Assembly (NCBI RefSeq): GCF_006345805.1
Contig: NC_043003.1
Coordinates: 67,704,001-67,768,000 of the forward strand
Direction: 5' to 3'
DNA length: 64,000 bases
Source of the DNA: Octopus sinensis
Taxonomy: Eukaryota
Positions 24,399 through 38,000 of this stretch are shown piece after piece. Within the stretch, counting starts at the first letter, position 1; every line of letters starts with the position of its first letter. The position numbers were made by a program, and so were the translations under genes. The notes beneath the pieces are model-generated. The model made no database searches. It saw only the letters and a program-made list of their open reading frames with translations, and was not told the origin of the DNA.

Positions 24399-25636
24399 GT
24401 TTGTATATATATATATATATATGGGTTTGTATATATATATATATACACTCATATTCCCATCTACGCAGACACGTATACCCCTGTATGTCCAGAACGTGAA
24501 CATTGGAAACAAGAGGTATGTACAATATTTTATGTACTACATACTTGAATGTTTCCCGCTGAGATTCAGTATATTAGCTGGTCTTATAATGAAACCAATG
24601 GTCTACTAGAAGCTTTCTACGATATTTGCAGTTATGTTTATCCATATCTGTAATAGAAAGGAGTAATTTCATAATGCCAATGTTTACACACCATTCTTTG
24701 CTGGAAGCACAAATATTTACAATTTGGATGAACGACGGAGAAAATATATATTGAATTCTTTTAACGTCAACAAAAGTTTCACATGACAACATACAATGTT
24801 TATCAAATGTACTATTCCTTCCTTGGCTCATAAAATATAATATACCTTCCTTGGCCTTGACAATAGAATTCCAAAATCAGATGATTTAGTAGTCTTGACG
24901 CAAATAGCAGGTGATTTGCTCCCTCTAGCGATATAAACACGTGTGCTCATATGTACCACAAGTCCATTTGAGAAGTTCTCTTAAAGCAGTAGTTTGTCTT
25001 CTAATACAACCAATTTTAAGGGGGGATAAATATTAATTTCTGACATTAATAATGCTTCTGTAACTATTAATTATGTGTGTGTGTAAATGAATATATATGT
25101 ATGTAGATATATATACATATATAGTAAATAAATATTCGTCTATATATTTATACACTCAAAAACACACGCATAAATATCATAGGCACACATTTCCAGTAAT
25201 TAGCAGCAACCAGACAGACTATTAAATAAACGTATATTCAGGAATATTAGAGCTGTCAAGTAGATGGTAATCTGAAATACAATTTTATTCAAGAAACCTT
25301 ACACATATACATCTATGTTTGAAGCTGGAGTTCATTATTCAAAAAAGAAATTAAATTTTGGTGTTTCAGATATAGAAAGCTATGAAATACATTACCTATA
25401 ACAAAATATTGGCGCTTTCAATACCGTTGCAGACTTAATAATATAATGCTACTTAAAGATGTTAAATATTAAAATATTGACGAAGTCATAAATGGCATTT
25501 ATCATCAGCAATGTATAAGACACCCATATATACGTGCGTCGTTTGTTTGGAAGTGTATTTTTCTTTGTGTATATAAATACAGACATACATAGATAAATAC
25601 ATACATGCACACACACATACACACATACACACACAC

Positions 25637-25693
<57 letters not shown>

Positions 25694-25898
25694 GATTCAC
25701 TCACGCACATACGTAGACACCTATTGGTCGACTGTGACTTCAAATCATGACATCTCAGGAAATTATTGGCCTATTGAATTACACATGTCCGCACATTATG
25801 TCTGGAACTACTTAACGCTGAACGAATTGCATAACACTTCTGACATAGAATAAAGGTATTCTACATTCCTAGTTAAATTACCTTTATATATATGTATA

Positions 25899-25944
<46 letters not shown>

Positions 25945-25947
25945 CAC

Positions 25948-26013
<66 letters not shown>

Positions 26014-26048
26014 TCACTTATAAATGAAGGAAGGTGAAGAAAGGACAA

Positions 26049-26107
<59 letters not shown>

Positions 26108-26134
26108 GAAGGTTTGGAGATGATGTACAGGTAT

Positions 26135-26382
26135 TATATATTAGAAAAATTGAGGTAATCAGATCAGATGGTTCATATTTGTAGATATTTATTTATATAT
26201 ACATTTTTTACATATATATCATACGAAACTATAAAAAGGTTCAAACTACCCACAACTGATTTGATTGAAAACCCACTAGAATGGGAGCAAGCGCTAATCC
26301 GAATGATATGATATATATGTAAAAAATGTAATATATAAATAAATATCTACAAATATGAACCATCTGATCTGATTACCTCAAT

Positions 26383-26396
<14 letters not shown>
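26135..26396. repeat. Inverted repeat, ~89-bp arms with an 83-nt spacer
   Basis: 26135-26223 is the reverse complement of 26307-26396. (TA)n lies directly after the right arm and about 30 bp before the left arm. Confidence 0.9.
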
Positions 26397-26413
<17 letters not shown>

Positions 26414-27074
26414 GATTCCATCACAAATTTAGTAACTTTCGAAAGAACTTGATAATTTTGTTTTTATATAGTATGTCTCGAAGCACACACACATAATACT
26501 ATAATTACTAATATATAAATTATTGGGTTGGAAAATACTTACCGACTTAAAGAATAATCGGGCATTTCTCAATCGAAAATAGTATTTATATATTGGTGCT
26601 TGAACGTTGACACATACTACTCCAAGAAACACACACACACACACACACATGAGTACACATTGACGCACATGTACATCTATGAGTGTGTGTATGTGTGTAT
26701 ACTGGCTTTCCGTTTTGTCACACACCTAAGACATACGAAATCACAAGCCACAGTGTGTTAATCCCATTATCAACACAAAGAATAAAATTTCAGCTTTCAG
26801 CCTATAAAACTATTTAAAATCCCAGCTCAGTATTTCTTTGGGTTCAATGTATTTTTTGGTAGAACTTCCGGAAGTATTTCGACTCCCGCGTCTATAAAAT
26901 TTCATGAGTTATATTTTAAATGATTGTCAAATAGTCTGCGTGTACATTATTTGTGAATGTCCCCGTTTGCAGCCGGACCAGTGACGACCAATTCCATAAA
27001 AAAAGCATGCATTTAAATAAGTTTTTCTTTTTGATAAGTGACATTAAACTTGTATATGAGTACATGCATGCGAA

Positions 27075-27900
27075 TACATAAACTCAGATACGTTTTGGTT
27101 ACATTGGCCCTGGTCATAGCTGACTTAATAGCACCACCTGGAAAAGACATTTAGTAATGTATTTTTATTGTTATTTCTAGGCACCATTGCCCATTCGATT
27201 AAAAAGTTGTTGTTTGCAGCAGTATATCCGGGTGTAGGTGGATTATCTGGAATTTGTTGCAGATATTCATCCCTGAACTTTTTGAAGGTTAAGAAATCTT
27301 TTTCCTCCTTTATATGTTTTAGAATAATATTAAAAATAGTAGGTCCAGTTGAGAAGAGGTAGTTCATTCTTAATGTTGTGATGTGCTTAGAGTACGAACA
27401 ATCTTACATACGGTGTTCTGAAATCTTATGTACATTATTTCTAGGCTAAATAACTTTTTACATTTCCAGATGTTAATGGTAAATATTTTTTTTTAATCGA
27501 ATACTCTATTCTATTACATTTTTTGCTTCGCTTTACAAAGATTTGTATCCAGCCTTATATTTGCTTAGATTTTGCAGGGTGTGTAATTCAAGATGTTTCA
27601 CAAAGAAATTCCCTTGGATTTCCCAGGGAATTGTGTTTTGATATTTAGCCTAAAATTTGTCCTAACATTAATATATGGCGTGCAATGCACCATATGATAT
27701 TTCAGGATTCTATAAACTTCTAAGCGTATCAGTCAGAATGGAAGACTCCATATCAAGACAGTAACCCATCGTTGAAATGCATTGGATTATATAGCATACG
27801 ACTCTGGATATATCTAACCCAACTACTTTTTCATGTATACATGAAATTGTAACTAACGATATAAACGCTACTGCTGAACAATGAAATGTATACCTCTTCA
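27075..27900 (-). mobile_element. CR1-like LINE 3' fragment, decayed
   Basis: FSTGPTIFNII...FKKFRDEYLQQIPDNPPTPGY..NN resembles the CR1 ORF2 C-terminus. The upstream part is coding-like with stops. Confidence 0.7.
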
Positions 27901-28106
27901 TAGTGATTGCTTACAACTAAAACGATTGTTCATTCAAATTTGTTTCGTTACGATCAATAAACAACATTAAGTAGTTAAATGAAAGTTAGTAATTAAGCAA
28001 ACAATTTGTGTTTAAGTGCTAATTTTATATTTGAATGTAGTCTATTATACAGATAGTGTTTCCGTAAAAAAACACTAATGTACATTAAAATTGTAAACTT
28101 AAAAAG

Positions 28107-28266
28107 GTGCAGCTGTATGGTAAGCTGTTTTCTTACCAATCATATGGTTCCGGGTTCAGCCCCTCTGCGTGGTACAATGGGTAAGTGCCTTCTACAATAG
28201 TCTCGGGACGAGGAAAACCTTGTGAGTGGATTTGGCAGTCGGAAACTGAAAAAAGCTCGCCGTATA
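28107..28266 (+). mobile_element. SINE family B 5' part, followed by (GATA)n/(GGAT)n to ~28425
   Basis: gctgtatggtaag...tggttccgggttcag..ctgcgtgg...ccttgtgagtggatttgg...ggaaactgaaa. Confidence 0.8.
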
Positions 28267-30029
28267 GATAGATAGATAGATAGATAGACAGATAGATAGA
28301 CGGATGGATGAATTGATAGATAGACGGATGGATGAATTGATAGATAGCTGGATTGATAGATAGATAGATAGATAGATAGATAGACGGATGGATAGATGGG
28401 TAGATAGATAGATAGATAGATCTACGTACTTAACGTTTCAGAAGGCTGAATTGTCCCGCTGTTGCTGAAAATCTTTTACCGCTGAGTGAAGTAGAGCAAA
28501 GTAAAATGAAATATACAGCTCAAGAAATAACCACACTGCCCAGCTCCGGAACCGAAACAACGCTATATATATCGTGAGTTTAACACCGTAACCACTCATC
28601 CACGCGCATTCGCAAGCACACACACACGCACACAAACAAACAAACACACACGCATATTTAATTCCAAAATCGTTACATAGAATTATGATTTAGTTTGGTG
28701 TAATTCCTATATATAAACAAGATCATTTGAACATCCTTAACTGGTGTTTAAGTTTTTATTTTATACCTATATTCATGATTTGAAAGTATTAAAATTATCA
28801 CGGCTGCAAGATTCTGTATTACAGATATGAAAATGTCACGTGATAAAATGTTTCCTTTTAACTTAATTGCCTAAAATTTACTCCCTTGCAAATGTCAAAT
28901 GCAACAATTTGGTTAGATTTCAGCGCAAAATAATATTTTAAACATGGCATACCTTTCTGATAATAGTGAAATTATTTCTCGATAGGAAAAATAAAAACTT
29001 AAAAATACCTGCGCTGCGTAATTTCTTATGCTTGACGTATGGCAGACTTATAAAGATGTTCGTAATATTTACTTACATACAGTTATTTTAATATTTTTTG
29101 CATTTCAATAACATGAATTTGACAGTTAATTGGTTATTTATCTGTTTATAACGAGCTAAACTTGAGTTTACCTGCATATCTGACGGTAAGATTATCAAGG
29201 GAGTGTCTATTGAACTTACGCATAATAAATATCACTACATATCTTTGGACGAATATGCTGCATAATTTTATTTTAATGCTATGACGTGAGACGGAATATA
29301 TCAAGGGATTTTGCCAAACACGCTATGTCTAGTCAGTTAAATAGTAAAGTGGTAAATACAATGTAGAATACTAGAAAATAAGTTAAAGAAGAATGGAGAT
29401 TGAGAGTGGTGTATATAAAATACTGAAAATCACTGAAAAACACAATAGTCATAACGAAAAGAAATTCTACAGCTGGTGTACTGTTTTGAAAGAAAGGTTA
29501 ATAATTCAAAATTTTAAGTGATAGTCTTAAATGGAATAAAATGATAAGAAATAAGTATTCATATTGATAAAATGGAAGATAAAATGGAAAATAAGAAAAG
29601 TGAAAGAAATTGGTAGTATTGAGGGCATACGAATAACATCTTAGGAATCATGAAAGGGAACGCAATATGATGGCTTACCCATGGGGTACATGAGAATGTA
29701 AAGGTATTGAAAAAGATAATAAAAATTATGAAAGAAAGCATGAACTATGGAAACATGTGGGATACACGATACACTCTAAAATTAATGCGCATTTAAATTA
29801 TTCTTGACTCAAAATAAGTTATCGTAGTATAACTGCGAATATCTGGCTTTAAGAAAAGAGAAGTCCAGTTTCGAAAATAGTAGTATAAGTACTCGAAGAC
29901 AATATATGAAGGTAATAACCCCATCAGTTCTCCAGCCATGGCCTGCTTGAAAAATCCCATGTATATACAGGTGAACCTCAGATTAGCAAGACACTGACTC
30001 GACCAAAACAAACCTCTATATTCGAGCAG

Positions 30030-30297
30030 AACGTTAGCACACCGGGCGAAATGCTTAATTTGCCGAGGTCAACTTTGCCTTTCGTCCTTTTGGGGTCGAT
30101 TAAACAATTATCAGTTACGCACTAGGGTTGATATACTCGAGTTAATCCGTTTGTCTGTCCTTGTTTGTCCCCTCTCTCTGTAGCCCCTTGCGGGCAGTAA
30201 AGAAATAGGTATTTCCTCTGTCTTTGTGTTCTGAGTTCAAATTCTGCCGATGCTGGTTTTGCCTTTAATCCTTTCGGGGTCGATGAATTAAGTATCG
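30030..30297 (+). mobile_element. SINE family A with partial tandem second unit
   Basis: acgttagcacaccgggcgaaatgc...gtaaagaaata then a restart at ggtatttcctctg, the same junction as at 46545. Confidence 0.8.
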
Positions 30298-30348
30298 TAT
30301 ATATATATATATACATGCAATATAATATGTGACAATTATTCGGTTGCC

Positions 30349-30409
30349 ATAATAGAGCTCCGAGTTTCGGATGTCGGGGCAGAACCTGCTCCGACATCTC
30401 TTCAGTTAT
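30349..30409 (-). ncRNA. Type I hammerhead-like motif with long stem II (probably damaged)
   Basis: Minus strand: AUAA-CUGAAGA-GAUGUCGG AGCAG GUU CUGCC CCGACAUC-C-GAAACUC G GAG[CUC]UA-UUAU. Removing the 3-nt CUC gives canonical stem III and a GUA cleavage site. Confidence 0.6.
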
Positions 30410-30546
30410 CGAGGCAATCAAAATATAACTCGATAACTGAAGAGATGCCGGTGCCGTTTCCTCCCACCACCCTGACGACATCCAAAACACGGATTTTATT
30501 ATCGCAACCTAATAATTTTTACATATTATATGACAGATAAATTCCT

Positions 30547-30783
30547 CTATTTACATAATATCGAGGTCTCTTTCATTCTTTTGTTGCCTTGCCCATAATA
30601 CCCAAGCTTATGCAGATATGTAACACACGCTCTTGGACTAACTTCTAGCCGTTTTGCAATGTCAGCCTTCGAAAGGGATTCGTTTTCCACAATTCTCTTG
30701 AAACAGCGAAGCTTCCTTACCGAGGGCTCAGGTCGGTTGGGACGAGAATCTATTGATTCTTTTCCTTGGCTTTTGAATTGCAC
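30547..30783 (-). mobile_element. Tc1-like transposase N-terminal (HTH) fragment
   Basis: DSRPNRP...RKLRCFKRIV..SKADIAKRLEVSPRACVTYLHKLGY resembles the Tc1/Tc3 DNA-binding region. Confidence 0.55.
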
Positions 30784-30817
30784 TATAATTCTATTCCTTT
30801 CCTTGATTGCTTCTAGG

Positions 30818-30850
30818 TATTATTATTATTATTTATTATTATTATTATTA

Positions 30851-30925
<75 letters not shown>

Positions 30926-30989
30926 TATCATTATTATTATTATATTATTATTATTATTATTATATTATTATTATTATTATCATTATTAC
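30818..30989. repeat. (ATT)n microsatellite
   Basis: Directly visible. Confidence 0.97.
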
Positions 30990-32084
30990 TGTTTTTGTTG
31001 ATGCTGTTAGTGTCTGGAGGATAGAATGGGTGAACCATTACAGAGTCAAATAAATTTATCGAAGTTGTTTGCATTCTGATTCCAAATCATCCTGCAGTCA
31101 TCTTTGCTTTTCATTTCTCCACAGTCAATATCGCTATTTACTAGTCAATAATACCGTTCGGCACTATCATCCATGCTCTCCCATCAAAACCGCCGGTTTT
31201 CTGCTTGGTTTAATGCACAGATTCGCACATAATTTATAATGTATTCACAATCGTACATGTGTGATTGATAGTTGCAATATTTTGTGTCAGAGCATGTGAT
31301 TGAAATTTCCATCAATTCGAATATCTCTAATTAGTTAGAATAATTTCTATGGATTGCCAAAACTGTAAACCTGAATTTCAGAATTCCAATATTTATATAG
31401 GAAAACTTGTGAAGATACAATAATCGATAAGATAGTAAATCAAATTTTGAACGACGAGTAGGAAAGGAAAATATATCTAGGTGCATGTTGTGAATGTAGG
31501 TAAAATTCTTAAAATGTAGTTGGTTTGAAGTTTATAACGATTTCAGACACTTAAGCATACTTTTGATTTTCGGACACATGGCATGTAACATGATTATAAA
31601 CATATAACTTTAAGATATCACCAAATGGACGGTCCGTAAATGCTAAAGTGTCATGTAAGCTCATGTAGACAATGTTGTTTAGCGTCTACACTAAATTATA
31701 ACATTGATCGAGATACTTCTAAACCAATTCCAGAAACGGTTGATTTGATTATATTATAATGGCCTAGTCGTTAGTGTGTTACACTCACGGTCGAAAGATC
31801 GTGTGTTCGATTCCCGTATCGTGCCGCAAAACAATTCATTTCACGTTGCTTTACTATACTCAACATCAAATCGGAAGCCCTTTGATAGGCTGAATTTCGT
31901 ATTTCGGAGAATGTTGGCCAGTTATCTTATTCAACGTGATAGCATCATTCCAAATTTATAACTATATAAAGCGCATTGAGGCCAGCAATGCATTCATTTC
32001 TAATCTAGGTACAAGGCCCGAATTTTAGGGGAGGTGTCCAGTCGATTATATCGACCCCAGTACGAAACTGGTACTTTATTTATC

Positions 32085-32607
32085 AGATCGCTCTAGTGGC
32101 TAGCGATCTGTTATGGCGAATACCGGACAGTGTGGTCACACAGGAGAAATAGGAAGAAGGGGAGATAAAATAGTATAGTAATCCCAAGATGAAGGTGCAT
32201 GTGCGTTTGTATGTGAGAGTGTGTAGGTGCGTGTACATGTGGAAGTGGGCTGGTGAAATTGAGGTGTGCCTATGTGTATGTCTAGGTGTGTGGATGATAG
32301 TGTAGGTGCTGGGAATAGGTCAGTGCTAGTGTGTGTGTGTGCTGGTGTGGGTGCTGGGAAGTGGTCAGTGGTAGAGGGTGCAGGGTGTGTGTGTGTGATG
32401 TGGTGTGGTGTGGTGGTGTTGGGGTGGGGGATGCGAGAGTGGGGAAACACGGGTGGGGGTCTAAGTGATGGTTTGGGCTTGAATGGGATGTATACGGATG
32501 GTGGGGTTGGACTGTGTAGTGGTGGGGTAACGAGGGATGAGGATTGATGAAGGGAGAGGGTGGACGGGAGGTGGGTAGGAGTGAAGAGAGGAAAAGGTGC
32601 CAGAGCA

Positions 32608-32608
<1 letters not shown>
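32085..32608 (-). mobile_element. Penelope-like 3' tail fragment (related family)
   Basis: Purine/GT-rich tract sharing gcgatctg and aggggagataa with the pseudo-LTR at 15826-15900. Starts with an 8-bp hairpin agatcgct/agcgatct. Confidence 0.4.
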
Positions 32609-32656
<48 letters not shown>

Positions 32657-32665
32657 TTATATTTA

Positions 32666-33867
32666 CACAGGATGCGAGGTGTATTTGAGGATATCTCGTT
32701 TTTAGTTCATTACACCTAATTATTTAATATATTATTTTCGTTTTAGATAGCCCTTTGAGGATATCATGCTAATTCAAGAAATGAAAATACATGCACTCAT
32801 AGTTGCTATAAATGCAAACCACGGTGATTTAGAAATTACCAACTTTCTAAATGTTGCAATATCATTAGTACACAAAGTTTGGTTGGAATTGAAAGTATGT
32901 GATGGAAATTTTTCACCTGTATCAAAGAGGAAAAAGAAAATTCACAATGCTCAGACACTAGAAGAAAACTGGAATGTATGCAACATGTTCAAAACATTAT
33001 CCATAAAAACCCTGGAAGATCAACGTGGTTAATTTCTAAAGAACTTCGGGTGTCAGAGTGGATTATTAGAATTATTGTGCATCGTGACATTCGATATAAG
33101 TCCTATTTATAAAGAAAGGCCAAATCGTGTCAGCAAAGACACAGGAAAACCGTCTCATCGTTCAAAACGGTTACACAACAAAGTAAAAACACCTCATGAA
33201 CAAGCATGAGAGGTGGATAAGTGCAGATACTTCTGAAGTATCCAGGATGATGCACATGAAATTCCCAGCAGCTGTGATAGTTTTAGGAATGGTGAGTAGT
33301 GAAGGTCATGTGAATCCTCTTCACTTTATTTTCACAGAGTCTAAGAATTAATGCTGCTGGATACATTGAAGTACTGGAAACTGTTATGTATCCTTGGATT
33401 AAGGAAGTATGCAATGGAAGGCCATACGTGTTTCAACACGATACAGCACCTTCTCACAAAGACCTAGTCAACCAAGAATGGTTGTCAGACAATCTTTACA
33501 ATTACGTAACACTCAATACGTGGCCTCCAAACTCGCCTGATTTGAACCCCATGGACTTCTACGTGTGGAGCGCTGTTGAAAGCGAGACTAATCGTCATCC
33601 TCATAATAATCATAGCTTCATTGAATGCCGCCATTGTCCAGCACATATCCGAAATGAATAAGGACCATATAGTGTCAGCATGCCAGTGGTTTTGGCCCGG
33701 CATTGAAGCAGTCACCGAAGGCAAAGGCAATTTCATAGAATAATTTGCTTTAAAAAATTATTATTAAAACTGATTACACAAATGTTTATTCAAATACATA
33801 TATATTTATGCTGAACTATAGATATTTCATTGTATACCAAAACTATTCTCAAATACCCCTTGCACCG
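32666..33867 (+). mobile_element. Tc1/mariner DD37D (maT-type) DNA transposon, ~1.2 kb, decayed
   Basis: FQHDTAPSH...WPPNSPDLNPMD has 37 residues between the 2nd and 3rd Asp. Imperfect TIRs (tgcgaggtgtatttgagga vs ttctcaaataccccttgca), TA flanks, frameshifted ORF 32766-33740. Confidence 0.88.
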
Positions 33868-33972
33868 TATATATATATATATATATAAAATTAATTAAGG
33901 GTAGAAATTGATATTTATCAATTAAGACCAGTGGTCTAGCATATTAAAAAAGAATCCGAAGATTAAAATATT

Positions 33973-34208
33973 TATATATACCATTAAGGACTGAACACGA
34001 AAAGTGGACAGTCAACATGCTAGATATAGACGTCAAATCGCCATTCACCACAAAAGATTATGTTCTCAGATCAAACTCAACACAGTGTTGAGTTTTTGTG
34101 TTGAGTTTGATCTGAGAACATAATCTTTTGTGGTGAATGGCGATTTGACGTCTATATCTAGCATGTTGACTGTCCACTTTTCGTGTTCAGTCCTTAATTG
34201 GTATATAT
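33973..34208. repeat. Near-perfect fold-back palindrome, ~112-bp arms
   Basis: 33973-34084 is the reverse complement of 34097-34208 with a 1-nt indel. The 12-nt loop duplicates the start of the right arm. Confidence 0.95.
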
Positions 34209-34230
34209 ATATTATATATATATATATATT

Positions 34231-35036
34231 GGTCGGCATCCTTTTTGTCTCGGGAGACAATGGAGTTGCGCATAAAATAGTCTAGTCCGGCTTTTACATT
34301 TCATGTCCTAATACATCTCCTGCTATGGCTGTGTAGTCCTATCCTGGACAAACACTCCCTCTGGCAGGTGCCGCAAATGTAACGAAAACAGTTCCTGGCT
34401 AGTTGTAATATCATAGTTTCTTGTTGGCGTCTTTTCTTGTCTTTCCATTTCTCCTCTCTCTCTCTCTCTCTCTCTATCACTCATTTGTATTCTCTCTTTT
34501 ACGACACGTCGCCAATCTCCACGGTTGCTGGCAACTGCTTCCTAATTGCTAATATTGATGTTGCAGGCCTTCATGTCCCTTTTGCAAACATCCTTGTAAT
34601 ATATGAATGGTCTTCCAACAGACCTAGTACTCCTAGCAAACTCTCCGTAGAGTATGTCCTTGGGGATTCTGCCATATTTCAAACGGCTAACATGCCCAAG
34701 CCATCTCATACGTCTTTGTGTGAGGAGTGCAAACATGCTTGGTATTCCTGCTTGCTTGAGGACATCTTTGTTGGGGATATGATTCTGTCATTTGATGCGA
34801 AGGATTTTCCGGAGGCAGCGCAGGTGAAAGATGTTTAGGAGACGCTCTTCGCGTGTGTATGGCGTCCACGTCTCACTTCCATACAGTAGAGTGCTAAGTA
34901 CACATGCCTGGTAGATCTTCATTTTCGTGGTCTTGGTCAGCTTATTGTTGTCCCATGCCCGTTTGGAGAGTTGGGCCATCGCAGCAGCTGCCTTACCAAT
35001 GCGTATATTGAGCTCAGCGTCAAGAGATAGGTTGTA
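34231..35036 (-). mobile_element. RTE (BovB-like) LINE 3' fragment
   Basis: LDAELNIRIGKAAAAM..L, KIYQACVLSTLLYGSETW, FHLRCLRKIL, RRMRWLGHV, GRIPKDILYGE, GRP..YKDVCKRDMK. The 3' UTR ends at (TA)n. Confidence 0.92.
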
Positions 35037-35054
35037 GGTGTATATATAATATAT

Positions 35055-35085
<31 letters not shown>

Positions 35086-38000
35086 CATACATACATACAT
35101 ACATACATACGTTCGTACATACATACCTACATACATACATAGAGAGAGAGGGGGAGGTAGAGCGAGGGAGAGAGAGACGCACACACAACATGTGTGTATG
35201 TTTATGTGTGTGTGTGCGTGTGTTTATATGCGTGTATATATTTTACTTTCAAGGGATGACAAGTTCAAAGAAGCTATGATCTTCGAATTAGATTAAAGAC
35301 CTCAAAGATAAATCAACGAGTGAGCCAATATTTACTGCATGATTATAGGTTTAACCAGCATGGTTTAAATGTTTTTGCATATATGATGAATCAACAAGTA
35401 GTTTAACCATCATGGTTTAAATATGTTTGTATATATGTATTTGCATGTATGTGTTTATGGAGAGTGTCTGAATCTCAATTCTTTCCTCTTACACAATAAC
35501 CTTATACAGTCTTAATCTTTTAGAAATTCTCTCACTTAAACTCGTCAGCTATTTCTTTCGAATTTCTATTATTTTATAACTTGATATGTTTATGATGATA
35601 CTATTTTTGTATTTTTAAAGCAAAGATCATAAACAGTTTTAAATAATAAATTTTACAATATCTTATCGATAATTATACGTGTTGTTTAAATATGAAAATA
35701 TCACTCATTGATAAAAGTATAATCTTACATCTTAATTCTCTCAAACTTCTTTCAAACGCAAATGTCAAATATAACAGGTGTAAATAGATTTTCAAACAAC
35801 ATTTATTCGCAGTTCAGCCTTGTTTGCAAGTTAAAAAAAAAATTGAAGTGACAATATAGAATAACAGCTGATATAAATCTATTGTTTGTTGATTTCGCTA
35901 ATCACGATTTACATTGTAAAGAATGAGAGGGGCAGAATGTAAGAGGGTTACAGTGAGAGCATACGAGATGAAGTATGAGTGCTCAAGCTAATTTTGGTGG
36001 CTGTAGTAAATAAAAGAATTAAACAAACACAGTTAAAATGAAAGAATTCTCGAGACAGCAGTGACGGTGGAAGGTGGGGATAATGAAGAGATGGAAAGCT
36101 GGTAAATGCCAGCATAGTTGTGTACTAGTATCTTTGCGGTGCAGCAGAGGACACCGATAGTTAAATACTCTGCAGTGTAGACCCGTTCTTAGAAAACTTC
36201 TAGGCTTTTAGATATGTAGAAATGAGAAATTCGTTTTATTTAATATTTTAAGCTAATAGATACTTTTCGTTTGAAAATTGAAATTCATTTCACATATAGT
36301 AAGAATTTTTCTAAAATGCTGAATTATTATTTTTTAATGTATGCCATATTTCCTCATACTAACCATGTTGGCAAAAATATTCGTTCAATGTTACATGTCA
36401 TATAACGGTTTACACTGTAGAGTTCTTATAATTTATGTACTATTAAAACCATTTCTAAGATCCTCATCAATGATCTCTTTGTAACACAAACTTATACGCA
36501 CATACATACACATACGCATGCATGTACATATATACATACGAGTTTACCTGTGTATAAAAATGTGAGAGTATTTGAATCACATATTTGAACTCGTACTCCC
36601 GTAAGACGACTTCTCGATCGAGATGCATATAATTAAAATAATGTTTTTGAGCAGCTAATTTTGATCTGTAATTCTCTGCTCAGGAACAGTTTTCTAAACT
36701 GTTATACCAAGAAGCGGTTTGAAATGTAGATCATGGTTCTTTTCTAATACTCTATATCTTGTTTTAGACCTCGATCAGCTGTGCGAGTTTTATTATATTT
36801 AAAACAACTTTTGTTATTCTATTTTGTAAATCATAGCTGATGTGTGTTTTACCAAACACAGATCACTAAATAAATCTGCGTAAGGATCAAACAGGTTCCA
36901 TCACGTCTGTGATTGAATATGCCTTTTGTACGTTGTATCAGCATTTACAATTTTTAATATGTTGAAGTCATATTCGCTTTGTTTCAAAGTGTTCGGCAGA
37001 AAGCGATGGGCCTATCCTCCTGCGAGGTTTGTCATACTTGGTTCTTCCTATTGCATGAACTTTATATTTCTGGTGGGGGGAGGAGCAATTTTAGACTTTT
37101 TGCCGAATTCTTGACGTTTTGCGAGAAAATATCTTTCATAAAGTTACGATGGTACACCTGCTCTACTATGCTATGTACATATACAGAGACAGCAATTACG
37201 AAGAATATTTCTAGTCTTGGAATATTACCCTAAAATCATTTCTGTGTTTGGGGACCAAAGTTCAGTTTTATTTCTACAATTCTTCATAAGCAATATTCAT
37301 GAGATATTTGTTTATAATCTTCATAGGCGTCAACGCCATATGAGAGACCTGTGCAGGCAAATATTGATATACAATGAACTTAACTGGAAACTTAATTGCT
37401 CCATTCTCGACATTATCGTCTTGGGTTGTCCATGTTCATATTTTCAAATCCTATAGTTGTCAAATCATTCCTACGTTTCAAGTGTACACGGCGATAAAAT
37501 ATTTTATTCAGTATATATTTTACTAGAACCTAGTTTATTAATAATAAGTGCCATTCTTAAAAATGTCACAAACCAAAAGAGATAGGAGTAATCCATAAGG
37601 CACTGCATCGCAAACTTCGTGTGATTTATAAGATTATCAGCTTAGTGTAGGTTATGGAAGACAACTGTCAAAAATGTACTACTTTCATTGATTCACTGCA
37701 GAATAAAAGTTTATGGGTGACTAATAATGAATATAGATTACTTACAGATTCGTTTCCACAGAAATTAGAATATATTCAGAGAAGTTATTGTCCAAGAATG
37801 CAGACACGTTTCTTTCATTTACAAATGATATCGTGTCTAAGATCTTTATTGGACTTCTTTTAAAAATGGCATGGGTAAAAAGTCTTTGGCAGCCTACTCA
37901 GAACATTTCACGATTAAGTGTCGAAGATATTTTGTGAGTCGACGAACATTGATAGAGATCGCGGAGTTGTTAAGTGTTGTTTTTCTTTTTTCGATAATTG

